Under the pieces are notes generated by a model that was not told where the DNA came from, ran no database searches, and worked only from the letters and a program-made list of their open reading frames with translations. Below, one piece after another: positions 27,209 to 37,029 of a stretch of DNA of 64,000 bases (position 1 is the first letter of the stretch; each line of letters opens with the position of its first letter). The stretch comes from Escherichia phage PGN829.1, in sequence record NC_070871.1, one strand, 5' to 3'. Both the position numbers and the translations under genes were made by a program.

Positions 27209-28429
27209 ATGACTACGGAAGCTGCAACCACAGCTTCCGACATTCTCGCAATGTCGGATGATGAGATTCTGAATATGGAAGCCCCAGCAGTTATCGCTGA
27301 GGGAGATACTTCCACTCAGAACAACCCAGAAACCAACGGCGTACAGGCTCCTGATGAAGAAGTTGACACCTCTGCTGTTGAAGACCTACCAACCGAAGAA
27401 GCCTCCCCTGAAACCGAACCAGTTGAAGAAGATGAAGCAAATTCTTTAACTTCTGATAAAGTTGATGATAAAGTTGTTGACACAGAAGTTGATAGTAACG
27501 GTAAGCCGATTACTAAAGCTGAACCTTCTACTGCTGAACCAGGCCAGGAACAGAAAGAAGAAGGCAAACAGTCTGAAGGTCTGCCTGCTGACTTCAACTA
27601 TAAGGAAGGTTACGAGAAGTTGATGGCTCCTTTTAAAGCTAACGGCAAAATGATTACTCCCCGTTCACCGGAGGAGGCCATTAGCCTAATGCAGATGGGT
27701 GCTAACTATACTCGCAAAATGCAAGAACTACAGCCATACCGTAAGGTAATGCTGATGTTACAGAACAACGGTTTAATGGATGAGGACAAACTTTCTTTCC
27801 TGATTGACCTGGATAAGAAGAATCCTGAGGCTATTAAGAAGTTGCTCAAAGACTCTGGTACAGACCCTCTGGATTTTAACCCAGATGAGGAAATTAACTA
27901 CCAGGGTGGCAATCACCGTGTTACCGACACCGAAGCAGATTTTGCAACCGAAATTGACGACTTAAAGTCTACTCAAGAAGGACAAGCTACATTAGGTGTT
28001 ATTGGCTCGACATGGGATGCTGCCAGTAAAGATGCTCTTTATCAGAATCGTGGCTTACTCCATACGATTCACGAACAGCGTGAGAATGGTATTTATGACA
28101 CCATTGCTAACGAAGTGAATCGTCTTCAAATGTTAGGTCAGATTCCGGTAGGTACTCCGTTTATTCAGGCTTATAACTACGTTGGTAATCTCCTTGCACA
28201 ACAGGGAGCATTTAACCAAGTAGCTAAGCCTGAACCGGTACAAGCAGTTAAACCAGCAGTTCAGCCGGTAGTGCGTGTAGCACAACCTAAGCAGACTCTG
28301 GCTAACAACGAGCAAGCTAAAGCAGCTTCCCTTAATCGGGCTGCTACACGCAAAGCAACACCTATTGTAAACCCACTCGCCATGAGTGATGAAGATTTCG
28401 CTAAACTCCCAGTACCGGGTAGTCTTTAA
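27209..28429 (+). CDS. putative scaffolding protein
   Basis: 406 aa, very acidic Ala/Glu-rich N-terminus, directly upstream of major capsid gene. Confidence 0.4.
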   Translation: MTTEAATTASDILAMSDDEILNMEAPAVIAEGDTSTQNNPETNGVQAPDEEVDTSAVEDLPTEEASPETEPVEEDEANSLTSDKVDDKVVDTEVDSNGKPITKAEPSTAEPGQEQKEEGKQSEGLPADFNYKEGYEKLMAPFKANGKMITPRSPEEAISLMQMGANYTRKMQELQPYRKVMLMLQNNGLMDEDKLSFLIDLDKKNPEAIKKLLKDSGTDPLDFNPDEEINYQGGNHRVTDTEADFATEIDDLKSTQEGQATLGVIGSTWDAASKDALYQNRGLLHTIHEQRENGIYDTIANEVNRLQMLGQIPVGTPFIQAYNYVGNLLAQQGAFNQVAKPEPVQAVKPAVQPVVRVAQPKQTLANNEQAKAASLNRAATRKATPIVNPLAMSDEDFAKLPVPGSL

Positions 28430-28445
28430 ACAGGAATAATACGAT

Positions 28446-29648
28446 ATGTTAAACTATAACGCTCCAATTGACGGTCAGAAATCTAGCATTGATGGTGCTG
28501 GTTCCGATCAGATGAATACCTTTTACTGGCTGAAGAAAGCTATTATTCAGTCTCGTAAAGACCAGTACTTCATGCCACTGGCTAACACCATTAACATGCC
28601 GAAGAACTACGGTAAGACTGTTAAGGTGTATGAGTACGTTCCTCTGCTCGACGATAAGAACATTAACGACCAGGGTATTGATGCTAATGGTGCTACCATC
28701 GTTAATGGTAACCTGTATGGTTCTTCTAAAGACGTTGGTAACATCACTTCCAAACTGCCTCTGCTGACAGAGAACGGTGGTCGTGTTAACCGTGTAGGCT
28801 TTACCCGTCTGTCTCGTGAAGGCTCCATCCATAAGTTCGGTTTCTTCTACGAATTTACCCAAGAGTCCCTGGACTTTGATTCCGATGACCAACTGAAAGA
28901 ACACCTGTCCCGTGAACTGATGAATGGTGCTGTACAGTTGACTGAAGCTGTTCTCCAGAAAGACCTGCTGGCTGCTGCTGGTACTGTACTGTATGCTGGT
29001 GCTGCTACCTCTGATGCTACCATCACTGGTGAAGGTTCTACCCCGTCTGTAGTTTCTTATAAGAACCTGATGCGTCTTGACCAGATTCTTACTGAGAACC
29101 GTACCCCGACTCAGACCACTATCATCACTGGTTCTAAACTGACCGATACCAAAGTACTTGGTGGTACTCGTGTAATGTACGTTGGTTCTGAACTGGTTCC
29201 AGAACTGAAAGCGATGAAAGACCTGTTCGGTAATAAAGCATTCATCGAAATTCAGCATTATGCTGATGCCGGTACTCTGATGAATGGTGAAGTTGGTTGT
29301 ATCGACAAGTTCCGTATTATCCAGGTTCCTGAGATGCTGCATTGGGCAGGTGCTGGTGCTCAGGCTACTTCTAACCCGGGCTACCGTTCTTCTATGGTTG
29401 ATGGTCAGGAACACTACGACGTATTCCCGATGCTGGTAGTTGGTGATGACTCCTTCTCTACCATTGGCTTCCAGACTGATGGTAAGTCTGTTAAGTTCTC
29501 CATCATGACTAAGATGCCTGGTAAAGAAACTGCTGACCGTAATGACCCGTATGGTGAAACTGGTTTCAGTTCTATCAAGTGGTACTACGGTATTCTGGTT
29601 AAACGTCCAGAACGTCTGGCTCTGATTAAGACTGTTGCTCCTCTGTAA
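28446..29648 (+). CDS. major capsid protein
   Basis: 400 aa, strongly biased codon usage typical of highly expressed genes, followed by hairpin; matches N4 gp56 size and position. Confidence 0.65.
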   Translation: MLNYNAPIDGQKSSIDGAGSDQMNTFYWLKKAIIQSRKDQYFMPLANTINMPKNYGKTVKVYEYVPLLDDKNINDQGIDANGATIVNGNLYGSSKDVGNITSKLPLLTENGGRVNRVGFTRLSREGSIHKFGFFYEFTQESLDFDSDDQLKEHLSRELMNGAVQLTEAVLQKDLLAAAGTVLYAGAATSDATITGEGSTPSVVSYKNLMRLDQILTENRTPTQTTIITGSKLTDTKVLGGTRVMYVGSELVPELKAMKDLFGNKAFIEIQHYADAGTLMNGEVGCIDKFRIIQVPEMLHWAGAGAQATSNPGYRSSMVDGQEHYDVFPMLVVGDDSFSTIGFQTDGKSVKFSIMTKMPGKETADRNDPYGETGFSSIKWYYGILVKRPERLALIKTVAPL

Positions 29649-29666
29649 TAGTCCGAAATAAAACAA

Positions 29667-29690
29667 GGGGGACATTAGTCCCCCTCTTAA
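29667..29690 (+). terminator. hairpin/terminator after capsid gene
   Basis: 7-bp stem gggggac/gtccccc, loop atta, short T-containing tail. Confidence 0.5.
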
Positions 29691-29715
29691 TAAAACTAAA
29701 TGAACCACAGGAAAT

Positions 29716-30357
29716 ATGAACATGAGCATTAACGATAAACCGACCGCTGACGTAGAAGTAAACGTACAGGGCAACGAAGATACCGTTAACGATATTGCAA
29801 TGCCTAGTGAACTTGAAGTTCTTAAGCAACGTGCAACGTTGATGAATATCAAGTTCTCTAACAACATCTCCGTTGAAAAACTTCGTGAAAAAATTGAAGC
29901 AGCACAAGTAAAAGATGAACCAGTAGTAGAAGAAGCTGCTGTTAATCCGCTTGGTGAAAAACAGGAAGCTGGTGTTAAGAAGATGACTCTTGGTCAAAAG
30001 ATTCGTGCAGAACAGACTCGACTGATTCGTGTACGTATCCAGAACCTTGACCCTAAGAAGAAAGACCTACCAGGTGAGATTATCACCGTAGCTAACGAAT
30101 ATATGGGTACTGTGCGTAAGTTTGTTCCATTCGGTGAAGTAACCGACAATGGTTATCACATTCCGTATTGTATCTACGAGTTCCTTAAAGAGCGTAAGTT
30201 CATCAACATTACGACCCGTAAAGGTAAGAATGGCTTACCGGATATTCGTGCAACTGAAGCACGAGAGTTCTCCATTGAGGTACTGCCTCCGTTGACTGAA
30301 GCTGAATTAGCTCAACTAGCTCAGGCACAGATTGCTGCTGGTAGCCTGAACGATTAA
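29716..30357 (+). CDS. virion protein (hypothetical)
   Basis: Late-operon ORF. Confidence 0.4.
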   Translation: MNMSINDKPTADVEVNVQGNEDTVNDIAMPSELEVLKQRATLMNIKFSNNISVEKLREKIEAAQVKDEPVVEEAAVNPLGEKQEAGVKKMTLGQKIRAEQTRLIRVRIQNLDPKKKDLPGEIITVANEYMGTVRKFVPFGEVTDNGYHIPYCIYEFLKERKFINITTRKGKNGLPDIRATEAREFSIEVLPPLTEAELAQLAQAQIAAGSLND

Positions 30358-30427
30358 CGTATAAGCTACAGTTCAACACGGCTCACTGGGGTAACTCCGT
30401 GGGCCGTTTCTTTTTGAACCAAGAGGA

Positions 30428-31270
30428 ATGATTATGTCTTGTTCTGCTGAGGTAGAAGCTAACCGACTCCTAGAAGAGTTGACTAAGGGTGATGACTTTA
30501 CCCTTCCCGATGTTGATATGACTGGTCCCGAATGGGATATCCCAGGTGGGGATGATTCTCCAATCTTTGGTGCTATTGATAAAATATCCAATGAATCCCT
30601 TACTACCCGTGAAGTAGGTGGTAGTGGTACGTTTGATGCATTAATGGAATCTGCACATAATCACCTTAAAGCTGAGTTTAAAGCTAACCGTATTACCGGT
30701 GGTGAATATACCAAAGCATACATTGCTATGATGGAATCTTGCATGAGCAATGCTGTTCAGTTCTTACTTGGTCGTGACCAGGCATACTGGGCTGCTGCTA
30801 TGGCACAGATTCAGGCAGTTACTGCTCGTGTTCAACTGGCAACTTCTAAGGCACAGTTTGTGCTGGCTAAGATTCAGGCACTGTCTGCTAAGAGTGAATA
30901 TGCTCTTACTAAGATGAAGATTGCTACTGAGTCTGAAACATACTGTGCTGCACTGTTTAATGCTAACCAGATGTTACCTCAACAGCTTAAATTGCTTACT
31001 GAGCAGACTGAAGCACAACGTGCACAGACACTTGATACCCGTAGTGATGGAGCTACTGTTACTGGTTCTGTAGGTAAACAGAAAGAGTTGTACTCACAAC
31101 AGATTACTTCTTATCAACGTGATGCAGAGGTTAAAGCATCTAAGCTGTTTACTGATGCATGGATTACTCAGAAGACTATTGATGAAGGCTTGAATCCACC
31201 AAATGGTTTCACTAACGCAAGTATTGATACCATTCTGACCAAGCTGAAGTCTAACAACGGGCTGAACTAA
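30428..31270 (+). CDS. virion protein (hypothetical)
   Basis: Late-operon ORF. Confidence 0.4.
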   Translation: MIMSCSAEVEANRLLEELTKGDDFTLPDVDMTGPEWDIPGGDDSPIFGAIDKISNESLTTREVGGSGTFDALMESAHNHLKAEFKANRITGGEYTKAYIAMMESCMSNAVQFLLGRDQAYWAAAMAQIQAVTARVQLATSKAQFVLAKIQALSAKSEYALTKMKIATESETYCAALFNANQMLPQQLKLLTEQTEAQRAQTLDTRSDGATVTGSVGKQKELYSQQITSYQRDAEVKASKLFTDAWITQKTIDEGLNPPNGFTNASIDTILTKLKSNNGLN

Positions 31271-31271
31271 T

Positions 31272-33926
31272 ATGGGCTTATTCAGTGGGAAGACCAAAGT
31301 ATACGTAGCATCCTCTGTCTATAACATGGCAGGGGATATACATAAACGCCCTAACTATATGAAGACTGTAGTTATAGGTAATATTGTTTCCAATACAGGA
31401 TTCACTATGGCAGATACTATCTCTGATAGTTATCTGAATGGGCCAGGTATTCGTATGCGACTGTTCTCCAGCTGGAGTAAGAACCACTATGATTCAGTAG
31501 TTGGTATGGCTGGTTCTTCATTGGGTGTATTGGCTAAGATTGACCCTACCGTTATAGAGGGTCAAATTACACCCCCTGCTGGTGAATCAGTCTATGTTCA
31601 GGCAGCAGAGATTGGCTTTGCTGACTTTGAGCAATGGTGTGACCAGTATCTTTATGAGAATGCTCCAAGTCGAATCATGGAACGATTCGACATAGATATT
31701 GATGAAGATACTAATGAAATCACTATGACCTCCTTAGATGGAGGCTCTACTATTACATTCACACCTACTAACTTTGAACCAGGTGCTTTATATCTCTATG
31801 CTGATTACTCATTCTATAAGTCCCCTTCTACTAATCCTCCGGTAGTAGGACCGACTACTGTCTATGATGATGAGGATGACTTACCTTCCACTTTGTTATG
31901 GACTACCGTCTCAAGTGATACGACGGCTAACACAACCAATCTTACTAAGACTATACATACTCATTCTGTTTACTCTGATGGCAGACCGGATGAAGACAGT
32001 ACTGTCACAGAACCAAGTGTGGATAACTGGAACTCTTACGTTAAAGTTTATCGTAGAGGATTCACTGAGAAACCCGATGATGTGACTGTAGTTGTATCTG
32101 ACAGGGTAATGACTCATACAAAATTTGGTGAGATTCAATCCAGTACTTCTGTAACTACTAATGTGGTTGATATAGGTGGAGGTGTTACTCGTACAGATAC
32201 AATCACTACAACCACAGAGACACTGGTTCGTAAGTACTCATCCCAGACTACCCGTACTGATACCGAGATGACTGCTGTTAGTACACCTAAAATGCTTATT
32301 TATAAGCAGAACTCCGGTAACGTTGCACTGGATTCTTTGTTCGAGACTGAAGCTACTGATAACCGATTCTACCCATTCATTCCAATCAGGAATGATAAAC
32401 AATGGGTAGAGAATGACCCAATCTACCCTCACTGTAAGAAAGCCCTTTATAAAGCTACTGGTGGAAAAATTGATAAAGTAGTCACAGAGCTTAAGAAGAA
32501 TGATGATATAGGAGATATTCAGTACATCTATGGTTCATTCGGTGTATCCCTTAATACTCCTGAGGATACTGCTAAGGAATATATCTACCGTTTCTTTCAG
32601 ATGGCTACTGAAGCATTCCCACCTGACCCAACCTACCCAACACTGGAAGCAGTGATTGCAGGCTATCAGGCAGCAAACGATGCAGTTGATGCATACGTAG
32701 AATGGTGGAACAGGCAGGAAGGTCAGATTGTTGGAACACCTCCACCATTACCAGAATACCCAGTCATACCTAAGCGTGAGTTTAGGGTACATAGTAATAA
32801 GCAATACAAGTACGATATGACTATTGGCTGGAACTATGTATCTGAAACTACCCATTCAGGACAAGCATGGTCTGGTGCTAAGCAAGGACAACTTCGAGCC
32901 AGATATGCGGGAGATATAACGCTTACTCGTAAGAACATACGTACTGCTAGTAACTCTGGTTCAGTTAAGAAGTTGGAAGTTACTACTACATTTTACTCTA
33001 TGCAGGAGTATGAGTTACTTTGGCAGGATGGTAATGACACTTACCGTAAACTTAGAGTATTGGGTCTAAACCACAATAACAGGGTATATAAGAATAAGTC
33101 AGTGCATATTGACGTTGCCGAAGCAATGGGGGATGCAGAGGAGAGTGGGTTCATTATCCCGCTGCACACCAATATTTACCGTTCAATGTCACTGGTTCGT
33201 AGTACACAGCTGTCTACTGCCTGTTCCTACTTAGTGATGAACTCATATAAGAAAGTTAAGCAGAAGTGGTACACAACATCTGCCTTTAAGATTGTGGTTG
33301 TTGTAGTTGCTGTCGTTGTATCTGTATTTACTATGGGTGCTGGTGGTGCAGGTATTCTTGGGGCATACGGTGCAGTTGGTGCATCCCTGGGTTTTGTTGG
33401 ATTAGCTGCTGTAATAGTTGGTGCTGTAGCAAACGCAATTGCTGCAATGATTCTGGTATCTATTATCACAAAAGTATCCACTTCATTGTTCGGTGATAAG
33501 CTAGGTTTTATCATTGCTGCTATTGCCTCAATGGTAGCCATGAACGTTGGTACTGCTTTGTCTACTGGTACATCCTTATCCTCCCTAGCTGGTGAAATGA
33601 TGAATGCTCAAAACATCATGCAGCTTACCAGTTCGGTAGGTAATGGTATTAGTCAGTATATTAATGCATCCACGGCTGCTACTATTCAGAAAGCAGAGAA
33701 TATAATGCAGCAGTACAATACTGATATGATGGCAATCAATAAGCAGTATGAAGAAATGTTTGGTACTGCTGGACAGGGTGTGATTGACCCCATGCAATTC
33801 GTGTCAATGGAGTCGTTGGATTCATTCTTGTCACGTACTCTCATGACTGGTTCAGATATAGCTGACTTGTCCTTAGACATGGTTGGCAACTACTCTGATA
33901 TGACTCTTAATACTGACCTTGTTTAA
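31272..33926 (+). CDS. large internal virion protein with Gly/Ala-rich membrane-spanning region
   Basis: 884 aa; C-terminal hydrophobic glycine-zipper segment (VVVVVAVVVSVFTMGAGGAGILGAYGAVGA...). Confidence 0.5.
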   Translation: MGLFSGKTKVYVASSVYNMAGDIHKRPNYMKTVVIGNIVSNTGFTMADTISDSYLNGPGIRMRLFSSWSKNHYDSVVGMAGSSLGVLAKIDPTVIEGQITPPAGESVYVQAAEIGFADFEQWCDQYLYENAPSRIMERFDIDIDEDTNEITMTSLDGGSTITFTPTNFEPGALYLYADYSFYKSPSTNPPVVGPTTVYDDEDDLPSTLLWTTVSSDTTANTTNLTKTIHTHSVYSDGRPDEDSTVTEPSVDNWNSYVKVYRRGFTEKPDDVTVVVSDRVMTHTKFGEIQSSTSVTTNVVDIGGGVTRTDTITTTTETLVRKYSSQTTRTDTEMTAVSTPKMLIYKQNSGNVALDSLFETEATDNRFYPFIPIRNDKQWVENDPIYPHCKKALYKATGGKIDKVVTELKKNDDIGDIQYIYGSFGVSLNTPEDTAKEYIYRFFQMATEAFPPDPTYPTLEAVIAGYQAANDAVDAYVEWWNRQEGQIVGTPPPLPEYPVIPKREFRVHSNKQYKYDMTIGWNYVSETTHSGQAWSGAKQGQLRARYAGDITLTRKNIRTASNSGSVKKLEVTTTFYSMQEYELLWQDGNDTYRKLRVLGLNHNNRVYKNKSVHIDVAEAMGDAEESGFIIPLHTNIYRSMSLVRSTQLSTACSYLVMNSYKKVKQKWYTTSAFKIVVVVVAVVVSVFTMGAGGAGILGAYGAVGASLGFVGLAAVIVGAVANAIAAMILVSIITKVSTSLFGDKLGFIIAAIASMVAMNVGTALSTGTSLSSLAGEMMNAQNIMQLTSSVGNGISQYINASTAATIQKAENIMQQYNTDMMAINKQYEEMFGTAGQGVIDPMQFVSMESLDSFLSRTLMTGSDIADLSLDMVGNYSDMTLNTDLV

Positions 33927-34383
33927 CAGGAGAATCCCCATGGATTTGTCATTCTTAACAGGCAACCCAACTCCACAGCCAGCTGCTATGTCTTGGATGC
34001 CTAATAACAATCAGAACTTTAATACCCCGACTATGAACTATAACCCAGGTGCAACTATTGGTATGGGGGCAAATACAGGAGTAGCCTCCCCTACTTCTTT
34101 CCTGTCTGGTTCAGCTGATCAGTTGGGATTGAATGTACCTACCTTCCAGTTAGGCTTGGGTGCACTTGGTTCATTAGCTAATATCTACAGTGGTTTCCAG
34201 GCTAATAAGTTAGCCAAAGACCAGTTGAACTTTACCAAAAGTGTTACTAACACTAACCTGAATAACCAGATTAAGTCTTATAACACTGCACTGGAAGACC
34301 GTGCTCGTAGTCGTGCTACGGCAGAAAACCGTGACCAGTCTACTGCTGATGCTTATATTGCAGCTAATAAACTAACTCGTTAA
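33919..34383 (+). CDS. virion protein (hypothetical)
   Basis: Late-operon ORF, Asn/Gly-rich. Confidence 0.4.
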   Translation: MFNRRIPMDLSFLTGNPTPQPAAMSWMPNNNQNFNTPTMNYNPGATIGMGANTGVASPTSFLSGSADQLGLNVPTFQLGLGALGSLANIYSGFQANKLAKDQLNFTKSVTNTNLNNQIKSYNTALEDRARSRATAENRDQSTADAYIAANKLTR

Positions 34384-34455
34384 TAGGAAACCATCATGGC
34401 TCATTGAGTTTTGGGTATTGTTTAGTTAGTATGTGCCAATACTAGGAGAACTGCT

Positions 34456-34992
34456 ATGAAACAATATCCAAACTCAAATATTAACGTTCAGTGGAAACCT
34501 GCTCATATGGTTAATTCTGGCTGCAAATTTTCTACTAAAACCGAAGATGGTAGTAAGACATGCTCTGCATACATAAGATGGTGGGGTATGTTTATGCGGT
34601 GTTACAATCCTACCAATCCTGGTTATCCTCAATATGGTGCTAAAGGAGTTGTTGTTAGCAAAGAGTGGGGTAACTACCAAGACTTTGCTCAATGGTACTA
34701 TGATTCCTGTTTTCTTTTAGGCATTGATCCGGAAAACAATAACTTCCAACTGGATAAAGATAATGGGCCTGTCCCTGAGTATAGTCCAAAAGTTTGTAAA
34801 CTAGTCCCAGTGTCTGACAATGTAGCTAAGGCTAATAGTAAATCACACTGGTACATAAACCCCAATGGTGACATTGTGGAAATCATTAATTTAAACAAAT
34901 TCTGCCGTGAGCATGGGTTAAGTCGCAAACAAATGTATCGTTTGCGGGATGGAACTTGTGAATCTCACCGAGGATGGAGGCTTTACGTATGA
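34456..34992 (+). CDS. possible homing-endonuclease-like protein inserted in structural module
   Basis: IRWWGMFMRCYNPTNPGYPQYGAKGVVVSKEW resembles the N-terminal motif of phage HNH-type endonucleases; AT-rich, Cys/Trp-rich. Confidence 0.3.
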   Translation: MKQYPNSNINVQWKPAHMVNSGCKFSTKTEDGSKTCSAYIRWWGMFMRCYNPTNPGYPQYGAKGVVVSKEWGNYQDFAQWYYDSCFLLGIDPENNNFQLDKDNGPVPEYSPKVCKLVPVSDNVAKANSKSHWYINPNGDIVEIINLNKFCREHGLSRKQMYRLRDGTCESHRGWRLYV

Positions 34993-36953
34993 GTCAGATA
35001 ACCTGGCGTAATGTTGATGCACCTAACTTTTCTGGAGTTGGTGACAGCATTCGCACATTTGGCAATATGATTGGTAACGCTACCTCCGGCTTAAGTGATG
35101 CACTGGGTAATTTCCAGAACGCTGCTAAGCAGGAGGCTGGCAATGCCGTCATGATGAATGCTATGCAATACCAAGACCCTACTGAGTATCGTAATGCTTT
35201 GGCATCTGGTGCATTGTTCCAGGGGGTTGACCCTTCACTTGTAAGTCAACGCACTCTCCAGAATCTGGATGAGCGAGCAGGTACTCTTCTGACTCAGCAA
35301 GGTCAGCAGGGAGCCAATGACTACAATGCTTATCGTTTTGGTCGTTTACAGGACACTGACTCTGCATTAGATAATGCATCCCCAGCTATTCGTTTATTGT
35401 CTGAGGCTTATCAGTCTGGTGACCAGAATCGTATTAATGCTGCACTGGGTCAGACACGAGAGGCATTATCGGCACTCCCTGCTGACCAACAGTTGGAGAT
35501 GTTAGGACGTCTTCAAGGTCAAGGTGGTGCTGCTATTAACCAAGCACAAAACCGTTTTGATTTGGGTGTGGCTCAACGTAACGATGCGGATAGTCAGGCT
35601 GCTTTAGGTGTAATGTCACAAATTACCCGTGGTGCTGAGAACCCCAATGATGCTCGTTTGTTGGCAGAAGCATATAGTAAGAACCTTTCCCCTGTTGCAC
35701 AGGCACGTTTACAGGAAATGCTTGCTCGTGCATACCCGGGTGTTTACGGCAATAATGTTGGTGCTACATCCGCTCCCGGTACTGCTGGTACTCGTCAGGG
35801 TTCTCCTTATGATGTTACTTATCAGTTTGCTGGTACATCTACCCCTATTACTCAAATGAGTATTGGTGATGTAATTAAACATCAGGACGTTATGAAGACT
35901 AATCAGGGTGCTTCACCTGTTGGTGCATTCCAGATTAACCAAGCTACTCTGCAAGACTTTGCCCCCAAAGTTCTTGGTTCAGATTGGAAGAATCAGCCTC
36001 TTTCCCCTGAGAACCAGGAGAAGATTGGTAAGGCTATCTTCGAGGCTCGTAAGAACGGCAATCTTAAAGATACCTGGGCTGCTTTACCTAACTCTACCCC
36101 AGGTGCTTATAAGGATATGACTTGGGAACAGATTAAACCTGTTATTGCCCAAGCTGAAGTAGGGGCTGACCCATTTAATCTGACTCAGAATAGTCAAGGG
36201 AATCAGGCAGTATCTACCTTGGCTCAGGGTATGATTGGTACTCGCTCTATGCAGGATAATACCGGTAGTCTTAATACCGATTTCCTGGGTACTGTCACCG
36301 ATAATACTCCAGTAGGTGAGATTGCTAATCGTCTGCTGGATGGTGACTTTAAGGGTGCTGACCGTAACTGGGTACTTAACAGATTAACTGATATTTCTCA
36401 ACGTGGGAATATGTCACCAGCTATGGCTGCTGCTGTTATGCAACGTGCACAGACCGGTGTACCAGAAGGATACATTAGCCGTGCTATTGATGCGGTTAAC
36501 CCATTCATTACTAATGAAGCCGGTAATGGTATGCGTCTTAATGACCGTCTGGTAGATCAGTTAATTGAGGGTGTACAACGAGGTGAACCACTGGAAGGAA
36601 GTGTACGTAATCTTGGGCGTGCTCAAGCTATGCAGAACATTCAGGCAGCACAGACTGCTTATGATGCTGCTGTAGCTGCACTGACAAATACCCAGAACAA
36701 GATTAACACTGGACAAACTGGACTTACTGCATTGTTACCTGCACGTCAGGAAGCTGTTACTAAAGCTGCTGCAATGCTTCAAGCTGCACAAGCCCAGGTA
36801 CAAGCAGACCCAGCTAATCTGGCTCCAAGAGGTTTTCGGTCACAGGCTAGCGTGGACAGAGCACGAGCCAAGGAAGATGAAGAACGTGCTGCACGTTACC
36901 TACGTCAGGCACAAGGTTTGCCTGAGTATATGCAACCAAGACAAAATCGGTAA
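34974..36953 (+). CDS. internal virion protein (hypothetical)
   Basis: 659 aa, immediately upstream of vRNAP. Confidence 0.45.
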   Translation: MEALRMSQITWRNVDAPNFSGVGDSIRTFGNMIGNATSGLSDALGNFQNAAKQEAGNAVMMNAMQYQDPTEYRNALASGALFQGVDPSLVSQRTLQNLDERAGTLLTQQGQQGANDYNAYRFGRLQDTDSALDNASPAIRLLSEAYQSGDQNRINAALGQTREALSALPADQQLEMLGRLQGQGGAAINQAQNRFDLGVAQRNDADSQAALGVMSQITRGAENPNDARLLAEAYSKNLSPVAQARLQEMLARAYPGVYGNNVGATSAPGTAGTRQGSPYDVTYQFAGTSTPITQMSIGDVIKHQDVMKTNQGASPVGAFQINQATLQDFAPKVLGSDWKNQPLSPENQEKIGKAIFEARKNGNLKDTWAALPNSTPGAYKDMTWEQIKPVIAQAEVGADPFNLTQNSQGNQAVSTLAQGMIGTRSMQDNTGSLNTDFLGTVTDNTPVGEIANRLLDGDFKGADRNWVLNRLTDISQRGNMSPAMAAAVMQRAQTGVPEGYISRAIDAVNPFITNEAGNGMRLNDRLVDQLIEGVQRGEPLEGSVRNLGRAQAMQNIQAAQTAYDAAVAALTNTQNKINTGQTGLTALLPARQEAVTKAAAMLQAAQAQVQADPANLAPRGFRSQASVDRARAKEDEERAARYLRQAQGLPEYMQPRQNR

Positions 36954-36962
36954 TACTAATAA

Positions 36963-36984
36963 AAGCCCTTCGGGGCTTTTTTCT
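36963..36984 (+). terminator. intrinsic terminator
   Basis: aagccc-ttcg-gggctt followed by TTTTTTC. Confidence 0.7.
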
Positions 36985-37029
36985 TACACAGGCTTACTGT
37001 AGAGTAAGCTTCCTATATACGATATAAGT

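Noticed and set aside
28449-29867. 472-aa minus-strand ORF covering the major capsid gene
   Set aside because: Antisense to a strongly codon-biased structural gene; low-complexity translation with no start context; typical shadow ORF.
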